IMG/VR virus record: IMGVR_UViG_3300027754_000034 | Location: 1 to 64,000 of that record | Strand: one strand, 5' to 3' | DNA: 64,000 nucleotides | Shown: positions 12,820 to 22,800 of the stretch, piece by piece | Layout: every line of letters begins with the position of its first letter | Numbering within the stretch: the first letter of the stretch is position 1 | Notes under the pieces: generated by a model | What the model was told of the DNA's origin: nothing | What the model saw: only the letters and a program-made list of their open reading frames with translations | Database searches by the model: none | Position numbers and translations under genes: made by a program

Positions 12820-15800
12820 ATGACAAGAGTTTCTGGCTGGAGTGGAACGCATGTAAATAACAGTAGACCTTATGTCACTATATCGGCTGATGCTTATGTA
12901 GCGATTCAAGGCGAAACCACAATTTTAGGATGCGGCGAGTGTCGCCGAGTTATAAATTTTAACGAGTATATGACAGGATTGTCTGTAGATACTTCTACTG
13001 ATAATCCTCCGGGAAATGCTTCCATAAATTTTACTGTTCCTGATACTGCAATTAATGATTGGTATGCAGAAGATAACTTAGTTTTACTTCCTATGATGGA
13101 GGTAGAAATATATGCAAAGGGGTATTTTCTAATAGGGGGTGTCCCTCAATATTATAAGATATTCTGGGGTTTAATTACTAACATATCAAAATCTTGGTCC
13201 AATGGTGTTACGACAGTTAGCCTTTCCTGTCGTGACATTTTATATTGGTGGGAAAAAACCAGTACGACCATTAATCCGGCATTTCTCGATCCAGTAGGAA
13301 ATAGCACGGGCGGTAATTTCGTTCTGTGGGGTAATAATTTTGCTGGAGCTCACCCATTTGCTGTCATAATTGCTTTAGCCCGTGAGTCGATGGGTGACTG
13401 GTCATTCACTGCGGGCTCACTGAACGAAAATTTCATTCCTGAGCAAGGCGCTGAACGTGAGTATAATAATGATATGATCGGTGGAATCATGTTATACTGG
13501 CAGGCTAAATTTGCCAACATGTGGTCTAGCTTAGTCATATATGGAACCACTGGAGCAGTTTATCCGACTTGGGGAGACGGATTGGCGGTCTCTAATCCAC
13601 TTAAATTAGCTGCTGCTATATTTGAACAGGAAGCGAATCTAAGAGGAAGTGATGAGACTAACACAGTAATAAAATATGATCCATCCGAGATAGCAGCATA
13701 TAAGAAGGATATAGGTAAAGTGGCTCAATTCGGGTTTTTCCAGCCCGAAATTCAGACGAAATTATCTATCGCTAAACAGGCTGCTGAGCAAATAGGATAC
13801 GAATTTTATTGTGATACAACAGGAGATATAATTTGTAAGCCCCCCTTCTTCAACTTAAATGTTTTACCTAATAAGCCAGTATCTTGGATCCAAGATATTG
13901 ACCTAATCGATGAACAGTTTCAGGATTCAGAAGGCGAAATAATAACTCACATTGTAGCCAGTGGTCATGCATTCGGGGGTGTTACTGATTGGGGTATAAA
14001 CGACGAGTTTACTACTCCAAGAACCGGTGCTTTCGATTATCACCTATTGCGAAAATATGGGTATAGACGTCATGATTTTCAAGTAGAATGGGCTGGTTCT
14101 ATGCGAAGAATGTATTACTACATTCTTGACTTTATGGACAGACTTAATGCGCGGCGCATGAACGGAAGCGTTACTATCCCGATGAGACCCGAACTTCGAA
14201 TGGGGTTTCCGGTTTACATTCCACGGCATGATGCCTTTTATTATATCAATGCAATCCAGCACAGTTTTAGCATCGGGTCACAAGCTACCACTACTCTTAC
14301 ATTGATGGCAAAGAGAAGTAAGTTCCTGGCTCCAAAAAATATAGGGAAAATTGAAAGATTTGGGCAAGCTACTGCCTCGGTTTCAGCTCAGAATAGTGCT
14401 CCCGTTCAAGATCCGCTTAATACCCCTGCTAATCAGCAACGGAAGCAAAATGCTATCACTTATAAAATTTCCTTTCCTGATGTAGGGGGTAATACCGGAG
14501 CTTCAACCGATGGGGCGAAGCCCATAATTATGAGGCACCCTAAGACGGGCAAACTCCTTGGTTATCCTAGAGTAGTAATGGTCCTAAGAAGGACATACAA
14601 TAATCAGGAATTGCTTGACTTGCTAACCAAGACACCTGGAAATAAAAAACAGCAGCAGAACAAGAAAGGCAAAGGCAAAAACGCTAAACCTACCACAGGG
14701 TTATCGGGCAGTATTTATCAATCTTCCAGAGATCAAGCATGGCAATTATTGAATGATAAAGATAAAACTGACTTAATTTCAAGAATAAAACAAAACAGGT
14801 ATGAAACAAGCGCTGCTAATGAAGGTGCATTTGATTATGCGGAAGATGTTGATGGACAGTTTAAAGAATTTCAATTAATAAAGATTACCTCCATTACCTG
14901 GAGTGATACATTGTCTGGTGGTCAAAAAGAACAATTCTCTGCAAGTAATGACCAGGCATCAAAGGTAAAATATCAAGGAGAAGAGAAGAAGATCGAAGGA
15001 GAAATTAAAACTATCCAGAAAGAAATTGATAAGCTTAATATCACCCTTACCAAAAAAATAAACGAAAAAATAAAAGAACTCGCAGTAGTTGCAAAGGAAT
15101 CTGGTATACCGAATGCCGGGGTTACTATAAAGAAGAAAACTAAACCGAATGGGACCATATCCTGGGAGATAGTCATCATACCAAGCGTTTCTAGTCTGGA
15201 AATTCGAGACTTAGGGGCAAAGACTCCTGTCAATCTAGATGAAGAAAAAGTTAAGGCATTTGAAGATTCAGTTAAGAAGAACTCTGCTTTTTCAGAATTA
15301 GGGACCGAGATTAATGATACCGGTAAGCAAATAAACGATCTTATTCTGAAGAAGAAAGAACTAGAACTGGATAAAAATAAATATAAATTCGCGGCTGGTC
15401 GTGTGTTGAATGATCCTTCCGTATTGGTAAGACCAGTTTCTGATGAATTTGGTTATGAAGTGGTTGGGCATTTTAGATATGGGCGCGGGGCTTATATGGA
15501 TAGAGGTAGAGTCACATTTGCCTCAGACGCTTCGGCCAATCAGATTAACATCCAATTTGCAGCAACGGGCTCTCTGCTTACAGAGAGCGTATCTGTTCCT
15601 CAACAAAGCACAGTAGACTTTTCCAAAGCATTTGAAAAAATGCGTCCAGATGATTGGGCGACAGCAGCCAGTAGTAGAAGTGGTGGTACTGATACCCCTA
15701 GTGACTTCTTGATGACTAGTGAAAATACGTATGTAGCGGACATAAACCAAAATATTGGTAAGAGTGTTTTTATTGAGGTGGATTCTATCCGCAAATCACG

Positions 15801-16644
15801 ATTGTTATCCGACCTGAAACCATCGGTGGACTTGGAAAACTTCAGCACAGCCTTTGATAATTGTGCTTGTGGGGTGGGTCGCACTAACTGGATATCAGTA
15901 TTACCTTCTAATATAATAAGGGATGTTTTAAGAAGTTCGGGATCTCTACCCGTGCAATTTGTGGAGGCGGGAAGAAACGTATCCAGTGCTTTAGGGGTTA
16001 CCAAAGAAGAAAAAATTGAGGTGATATCCGGAGAAGTATCCATGGGCAACTTCTGGGTAGCATTGAATAAATATTTATCTGAAAAATTTAATAGAGAAAT
16101 TGATTCCAATGTTCGTAGAGAAAGAATATATAGTGGTGAAAGTCAGACGCGAGTAAGTGAGAATTATGCTGATTTCGCTGGTAATCGAAATCTATTTGAT
16201 TTACCGGGTGGAGGGTCTTTGTTCGATAGGGCAGCCAATGGGGACCAAGACGCTATTGGTGCTCTTCAGAATGAAGCAAATCAGCTATTCGGACTCAATT
16301 CCCAGGGAATATCAAATGTCTCATCGAATTTCAACCAATTAGGTGATGAAATATCTTCTTATTATAATAAAAATAAAGACCGAGTAGAAGCAGCTGTTGG
16401 TGCTACGGCAGACTATTATAAGAATATAGGAAAGGCGTACGGGCTTGAAGGAACTTTAGAAGAACAGTTAGCTATACAAAATTATTGGGAGAACTTAGAG
16501 CAGGGATTCGGGGCTTCGAGTGTTCCCTCTTATCCTCCAGGAACCCCACCGCAGTTCGCATCAATACTGAATCCTGGACAATATGCTAGCGGTTCAGTAA
16601 GGCCTGATAATGTAGCTCTTAAAGGTCCGCCTCCCAATACTTAA
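12820..16644 (+). CDS. Baseplate hub protein (gp27/GpD-like) with long C-terminal extension
   Basis: IFWGLITNIS...VSLSCRDILYW, EFYCDTTGDII, GSVTIPMRPELRMGFPVYI...YYINAIQHSF...TTLTL; lies upstream of the spike gene. Confidence 0.75.
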   Translation: MTRVSGWSGTHVNNSRPYVTISADAYVAIQGETTILGCGECRRVINFNEYMTGLSVDTSTDNPPGNASINFTVPDTAINDWYAEDNLVLLPMMEVEIYAKGYFLIGGVPQYYKIFWGLITNISKSWSNGVTTVSLSCRDILYWWEKTSTTINPAFLDPVGNSTGGNFVLWGNNFAGAHPFAVIIALARESMGDWSFTAGSLNENFIPEQGAEREYNNDMIGGIMLYWQAKFANMWSSLVIYGTTGAVYPTWGDGLAVSNPLKLAAAIFEQEANLRGSDETNTVIKYDPSEIAAYKKDIGKVAQFGFFQPEIQTKLSIAKQAAEQIGYEFYCDTTGDIICKPPFFNLNVLPNKPVSWIQDIDLIDEQFQDSEGEIITHIVASGHAFGGVTDWGINDEFTTPRTGAFDYHLLRKYGYRRHDFQVEWAGSMRRMYYYILDFMDRLNARRMNGSVTIPMRPELRMGFPVYIPRHDAFYYINAIQHSFSIGSQATTTLTLMAKRSKFLAPKNIGKIERFGQATASVSAQNSAPVQDPLNTPANQQRKQNAITYKISFPDVGGNTGASTDGAKPIIMRHPKTGKLLGYPRVVMVLRRTYNNQELLDLLTKTPGNKKQQQNKKGKGKNAKPTTGLSGSIYQSSRDQAWQLLNDKDKTDLISRIKQNRYETSAANEGAFDYAEDVDGQFKEFQLIKITSITWSDTLSGGQKEQFSASNDQASKVKYQGEEKKIEGEIKTIQKEIDKLNITLTKKINEKIKELAVVAKESGIPNAGVTIKKKTKPNGTISWEIVIIPSVSSLEIRDLGAKTPVNLDEEKVKAFEDSVKKNSAFSELGTEINDTGKQINDLILKKKELELDKNKYKFAAGRVLNDPSVLVRPVSDEFGYEVVGHFRYGRGAYMDRGRVTFASDASANQINIQFAATGSLLTESVSVPQQSTVDFSKAFEKMRPDDWATAASSRSGGTDTPSDFLMTSENTYVADINQNIGKSVFIEVDSIRKSRLLSDLKPSVDLENFSTAFDNCACGVGRTNWISVLPSNIIRDVLRSSGSLPVQFVEAGRNVSSALGVTKEEKIEVISGEVSMGNFWVALNKYLSEKFNREIDSNVRRERIYSGESQTRVSENYADFAGNRNLFDLPGGGSLFDRAANGDQDAIGALQNEANQLFGLNSQGISNVSSNFNQLGDEISSYYNKNKDRVEAAVGATADYYKNIGKAYGLEGTLEEQLAIQNYWENLEQGFGASSVPSYPPGTPPQFASILNPGQYASGSVRPDNVALKGPPPNT

Positions 16645-17021
16645 GACTTTAAAATCTTTAGAAAATTCCCGTTACAGTATTTAGAATTTAAGACATATAA
16701 AATTATTTGTTCCAGAGTCCTATTTGGAGGACTCAGTAGTATATAGGTATCCACTTCTTTCGTAGAAACGTCCACTAAGTGCTTTATTTTCTTAATGTCA
16801 AATCTCATTGACATGTTATATCCATTTTCCGGATCACCATCTAATACAATTCCACTTCGTTCATTCGCATTGATAAATGATATTAATTTTGAATCGTTAG
16901 TTTCGAAATTTAAAGATATCTCGTGAGATTCCATTGGCTGGATTGTAAAATCTATTTCCCACTTTGCCTCATCTATTAAATTTCCTGAGAGGGTAGTTAT
17001 TTGTAATATGGTTTTCATCAT
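16641..17021 (-). CDS. Hypothetical protein in reverse orientation inside the tail operon
   Basis: 126-aa ORF fills the hub-spike gap; its stop overlaps the hub stop (ttaa). Confidence 0.7.
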   Translation of the reverse strand: MMKTILQITTLSGNLIDEAKWEIDFTIQPMESHEISLNFETNDSKLISFINANERSGIVLDGDPENGYNMSMRFDIKKIKHLVDVSTKEVDTYILLSPPNRTLEQIILYVLNSKYCNGNFLKILKS

Positions 17022-17053
17022 TGATTCCCTATAAATAGTACCGTATAAGAAAT

Positions 17054-19261
17054 ATGGAAGAAAAATTTTACCCTTTATTGCTTAAACCAGGAACTCCTGG
17101 TGGTATATATCAGTTATCTTTATCTCACCCGGATGCAAAAAAATATTTATGGGTAGGATACATTATTCACGTAGATGTTGAGACGATGGTGTGCTCAGTA
17201 GGGTTTAATACTTCACCTGATGAGAAACTAGATATACCACTGCCTGCAATGGGAGGTGGTGGTCCTCGTTCTTTCAGTGGAACCATTCCTGAAAAGGGGG
17301 CGACCGTTATATGTGGTTGGAAGCCGATGGGTCCTGGGAGTAATAGTCATTTCCCATTCATCCTCTCCATACTTTCTGCCGGTGTTTATAATTCTAGGGA
17401 TTATGCTCCGTTTCTTCCTGCACCCCCGGAGCAAATAGATGAGGTCTTATCTCTAAGACCGGATTTAGAATTTGACCCAAAACTACAGACCAATACTGTT
17501 AGATTAAAATTAAGGAAAGCATATTCTGGAGATTTCTTAGCGTCTGCAAGTTCGGGTTCTGACATTTTATTAGATAGAAATGTGGTAATTACTAACCGTT
17601 CCGGAAATGAGTTCATCCTAAGAGATTCTGATCAGACTGCTGTGCTTCAAACAATCAATGAATTTACAGCGAATGCAGCTGGATACTATAGAAGAGGACT
17701 AATAAAGAGAAACGCTTTTTCATTTTTATCAGATTATTTTCCATTAAACGAACAGACCAATGGTACAAATCCTTTCGATATTGAAGAGGGGGAACTATTC
17801 AAGCAGAAAATTCCGGTTACGAGCCCTGTATATGACATTTTATTTCAATATGGACTAATAGATGAAGATGGAGTAAGAACCTTTAGTTTTACGGAGGGAA
17901 TGTTAGAATACCCGTATATTGTAACCAGTGATGGCAGAAGAATTAATTATGTGTATCCTGGATCTGCAGAGTCCGGATACAATAATGTTGAAGAAGCGTA
18001 TATAGAGGATAGAAGAGAGTTAAGACATGTTTCGGACGGCGTAATGCCGGTGACTGATGAAGGTGACGGATTTTTCTCTGATGAATCGAAAAGAGAAGTC
18101 TTCATAGAAGATGTTCACGGGACTGTCGTAGGGAATAACTTTGTCACAAATGAAGGCAGGGCATTATATAAAAAGGTACTGAAGATGCAGTTGTTCTCCG
18201 ATTCTGATCAGGGAGAACTTTGCAACTATCCTACTTTTGAGTCTATAGATAATGCTACAGACTTAGGTGTCCTAGATTCTCACGCTTTAGCCCGTCTGTA
18301 TCGGATTCAGTCTCCCACTACAAATAATCAGTGGGTCTTTGGTATTAATAAAGAGGGTCGAACATTCCTTCATATTCCAGCCTCACAGACCGGTTTACCT
18401 GATGATAAAGGAAAATCTCTAGATCTAAATATCATGGGTCTGGTTAAAGGAATTATAGGAAAAGATCCTAATACTGGACTAAGTCTCGATCTCCGATTAA
18501 AGGGCGGGATGAACTTCGAACTTGGTACCTCAAGTGCTTCAGGGAACAATTTTAATTTTACCGGGCCAATTACCGTGAACTATTTGGGAGGGACCTCCGT
18601 TGATGATTCCCCGACTGTGAGTCATATCGTAGATGGAAGTACTTCAAGAGTCATTTCTGGATCAGATTTTAAATATACCAAGGGCACAAATGTTAGAGTT
18701 TCGGGGGGCTTGGATGCTACTGAAGCAGATGGGGTGAGTGTCGTGGCGAGTTCTGGTGGTTATAAGTTGTCTTCAGGTGGAGAACACGGCGTAACCGTAT
18801 TGGGGGCCTCGAATGAGTACTATGCCCAAGATAAATCATCCAAATTCGCTCTTGGTAAACGAAATTTGACATTAGCTGGTGTAGATTCAAGCACAGTCTT
18901 GACTGGCAATGCGAGTAGAACGGTAGTTGCTGGTAATATAACTGATAGTGTAGTTACTGGTAATATAACGAAATCTACGGTATTGGGTAATATTATACTT
19001 GCTACTGCGGCAGGTGCTATCGGTATAACCAATGGATTGGGTGCCTTAGCATTGGCAGCTTCTGCTGGGCCTATCTCTCTATCATCCACCACTGCTGTTA
19101 CATTAACGGGCTTAGTAACAGCCATAACCAGCCCAGTTACAAGCATTGGGATAGCTAAGGTAGGTGTGGCTGTTGCTGGTATTCCAGGTCCAAATGCTCC
19201 GCACTTGGACTATCTGACAGGAATTCCAATCTTGGGTATTCCTACGATTGCGGTGGGTTAA
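17054..19261 (+). CDS. Baseplate central spike (gp5/gpV/VgrG-like)
   Basis: N-terminal OB-fold-like segment (GYIIHVDVETM...IPEKGATVICGW); C-terminal Gly/Thr/Val-rich beta repeats (VLTGNASRTVVAGNITDSVVTGNITKST). Confidence 0.75.
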   Translation: MEEKFYPLLLKPGTPGGIYQLSLSHPDAKKYLWVGYIIHVDVETMVCSVGFNTSPDEKLDIPLPAMGGGGPRSFSGTIPEKGATVICGWKPMGPGSNSHFPFILSILSAGVYNSRDYAPFLPAPPEQIDEVLSLRPDLEFDPKLQTNTVRLKLRKAYSGDFLASASSGSDILLDRNVVITNRSGNEFILRDSDQTAVLQTINEFTANAAGYYRRGLIKRNAFSFLSDYFPLNEQTNGTNPFDIEEGELFKQKIPVTSPVYDILFQYGLIDEDGVRTFSFTEGMLEYPYIVTSDGRRINYVYPGSAESGYNNVEEAYIEDRRELRHVSDGVMPVTDEGDGFFSDESKREVFIEDVHGTVVGNNFVTNEGRALYKKVLKMQLFSDSDQGELCNYPTFESIDNATDLGVLDSHALARLYRIQSPTTNNQWVFGINKEGRTFLHIPASQTGLPDDKGKSLDLNIMGLVKGIIGKDPNTGLSLDLRLKGGMNFELGTSSASGNNFNFTGPITVNYLGGTSVDDSPTVSHIVDGSTSRVISGSDFKYTKGTNVRVSGGLDATEADGVSVVASSGGYKLSSGGEHGVTVLGASNEYYAQDKSSKFALGKRNLTLAGVDSSTVLTGNASRTVVAGNITDSVVTGNITKSTVLGNIILATAAGAIGITNGLGALALAASAGPISLSSTTAVTLTGLVTAITSPVTSIGIAKVGVAVAGIPGPNAPHLDYLTGIPILGIPTIAVG

Positions 19262-19842
19262 TGCCTTCTTTGGAGAGAATATTTCCTGCTATCAGTGGGG
19301 CCTTAAATGGGGCGGGCTGTGTAGGTGCTTCTAGTTATCAGTTATCTAGTGCAATATCGAATGGTTTGTTTGGTTTTCTTAATACATCAGTCACAGTTTT
19401 TACTATAGACTCTGGTACTGCGGGTGTAGGCAAAGGAACGTTGGGTGTTGTAATTTACTTGCCTGCCTTATTGACACCCACATTATTATCCAATGCTAAG
19501 GGTGCTTTAATAAATGGATCCATAAGCGAAAGTATGTTAGTAGGCTTAAGCCTAAGTATATGTGGAGTGGTTTCCTCTGCAATTCCTATGACTGTTCATC
19601 CAATTGTCGGAGTGGGAACGGGCGTAGGAAGACTGCTTATTAAAGAACCAGGAACGGGAATCGGAATATTTTTACAGTCATTTGCAGCGGCGGGTCTAAT
19701 TAGCCCGATGGCAATTTCCTTATCAAATGTCATTAGTAACTCATTAAACGCTACTATATCGACTGCTTCCGTGTTGGTTCAAATAGCAGGGCCTCCATCA
19801 CCCGTCCCTGCTAGTGGTGTTGGAACGGGTGTACTTATCTAA
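19261..19842 (+). CDS. Putative spike-tip protein with three internal repeats
   Basis: TAATG-coupled to the spike gene; small, Gly-rich and hydrophobic, with three GxGxG-ending repeats. Confidence 0.5.
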   Translation: MPSLERIFPAISGALNGAGCVGASSYQLSSAISNGLFGFLNTSVTVFTIDSGTAGVGKGTLGVVIYLPALLTPTLLSNAKGALINGSISESMLVGLSLSICGVVSSAIPMTVHPIVGVGTGVGRLLIKEPGTGIGIFLQSFAAAGLISPMAISLSNVISNSLNATISTASVLVQIAGPPSPVPASGVGTGVLI

Positions 19843-19856
19843 GGGTATTGTGTTTC

Positions 19857-22800
19857 ATGTCATTTGATACTTCAGGAGCTGTGCTTGAGGGAGTGAGACT
19901 TTCTCAAAGCGTAAATACTCTTGTGCTACCGCCAAGAACCTTGGTACAGCCTCAGGATACCCATGATTTTAACAAGATTTCTCAAAGAGCTGAATATTGT
20001 ATATTTGTAACTGGTCAGTCAAAAGATGCAGATGGTATTTATATTAATGATCCGAATTTGAAGTTTAGATGGACTCGTAATGATTCAATATTTAGATTTT
20101 CTTACGATAACGTAAGTCGTAGATGGTTTCCAGCTCCCGGTAGTTCTCCCACAAGGCTAGGAGTGATTTCTAATGAAAATAGACTAACTGCTCCAATTCC
20201 AGTAGATAATGGAGTATCGAATTACCAAGTATATGTAAGTGTTCCGAGAGTATACGAATTTCAATATGTTTTGGTGCTAAGTTTCTCTAATCCGCCTCCT
20301 GGAACGGTAGAAATAAATAGAGAGACTGGTGAGTTAAACTTTAGTGAACAAGACATATCAAACCCAGACCTTGCAAATCAAATAGTTTATATCAGTCGCC
20401 AGAGCTTCTTTAATCGAGCCAGATTTAATGGAAATATCATAACCATTAATTCAGATGGGTCCTACGAGGCCTTTCTGAATCCAATCCCTACTTCTGGAGA
20501 ATACCCTCTTTTAAGAATTGGTTATACTGAATATTTAGTATCCATTTCATATCCAAATGAATCTTCGATGCCCGTCCCCACTTCTTCTGGGATCATAAAT
20601 TATGCTTTAGACACTGGGAGGGCATTTATTTATGATTCCGAAGCTAATTCAGGCGAAACCATATTTTATGATGGTGTAATCAACGGAGAAACTTCCGCAA
20701 ATCAATATCAACTTGCTGTTATTCCCGACACTTCACCGTTCTTACCCTTGTCAATATATATAGGGCAGTCTACAGATTTCATTAATTTAGATGATACTAC
20801 ACGTTTCTTATTCTGGGGATCTAGAAGCGAAAAGGATTATTACTTAAACGTGTCAGTAGTAGATGAAAATCCTACGTTTACGGATTCAGGGACCATCGAA
20901 ATCAATAAAGTAAACGGAAATGTTTACATGAATTCCTATGATTGTGACCGTCTTAAGGGGTCATTTCTTCGTTATCTTGATAGCTATCTTGAGATTGAAA
21001 ATGGTATAACTTTTCAAATATTTAGAAGTGGTGCCAATGAAACGGGATTTGTAAACAGCTATGATTTTTTCGAATATTATAAAATAACGAATTCTGTTAT
21101 GTCTGATAACATCAGCGGGTCTCCATTTCTTTTTTTACCGAGCCGTCCGATAGATGATTCTTACCTGTCGTATCGAGTCACTGATGCCCCAGGAAGTAGC
21201 GGTACGTTTAGTGGAAGTCTTAAGAAAGCAGAAAATCCTGAAGATTTAGGTCTAGGTTATAAGGTAGACTTTAGTACTAAGACTCTTTCTTTCTCTAAAA
21301 GGGTAGAAGAGAATAAGACTGTAGGAGTTACTACCAATATTTTAAAATTAAAATATGCCGCTTTAATACCTGGTGGATTCGAAATAAAGAAGAACAATGA
21401 ACCGCTAGATTCTTCTGACTATTCTTTAGATATCGGTGCCGGTTTAGTCACTTTTTTAGAATCTGTAGGAGAAAATGACGAATTAAATGCTTTTGATGTT
21501 CTAGGTCATGCCCAAGGAGATACTTTCACATCATTTAGTTTTCAGTTTAATGCTCTTTATGTTAATAAATATATTTTGGTATCGATTGGGGAGAATGTTG
21601 GTTTTTATCGCATAAAAGATTTCATAAATGGTAATACAATTAGAGTTGAGGGGCTGTTCCCTAAAGACGAAAATGTTACCGTTGATATAAAGTCCACAAA
21701 AGAGATCATATGTGATAGGGTCTGGACCTCCATTAATCCAAGAATGAAATTGTTCACTCTGGAGAAGAAAAATCCAGATACAGGCGAATATGAATATCAT
21801 GACCAATCTAATTATTCCATAATACCTGAATTGGGTCAAATAACCCTAAATGAAACACCTGACCCCAATGATGTCTTCAGAGCTAATTATTTATGGATAA
21901 ATTCTCCCATAGAAGGAATCAATAGAAATGTTTCTGAACTTAACGTAAAGGTCACTAAAGAAGAAAAAATCGAAATTCTTGCCAGCAAAATACGTTTAGA
22001 AAAAGCTAGTTATGTAAAAGGTAAAAACTACGTTAGTATAAACCAAGACAATAAATCAATAGTCCCATTAAAGGGATTCAGAGTAATCGCAGACGGTATA
22101 ACTGTTCCTGCAAGTCAGATTCGGTTTATCAACAATAACTCAATATTCTTAGGTATTATTTTAGAAAATCAAGAGATATATGTTGATTATTGGATAGAAG
22201 AAAATACTGGGGGTTCTAGAGTATTTACTCTCATAAATACTCCTATTGATATAGATATTCCTGAATTTATTCCCGACAATGATAATAAAATACTAGTGAT
22301 AAATGAGGATTTTACAGGAATCATAAAACCTGGGAGTGCCATATGTGTTCAAGACACTAATATATACATCGTTGAAGCTAGCGTATATGACTCGTTAAAA
22401 GACACTACGTCGATTGTGTTCGAATCTCCTATCCAAGTAAGTTACAAAGGCATATTTAAAACTTGCGACCCCGTATCATTAAACCAAGTTACACAAGCAT
22501 CGAAAACATGTCCTAAGGGATCCAATTCAGTCATAATCTCCGGATCAGTAGACGTTAAAGAAAATTACCTTATTAAAATAAACGACTTTCCCTTCATAGT
22601 TATAACATCTTCTTATGACATTAAAAAGGACGTTACTTCTATATCATTTAAATCTGTCCTTCCTGTAAATGCTATCATCCCATCTATTTTTATAAGTTTA
22701 GGACCGGTTGTCGATCCTAAACCCGATTTTTCTACACGTAAGTCAGCGGTTTTCCCTAGTCCATTTACGTTGCTAAGAGGCGGGGTAAACCCTCGTGTTT

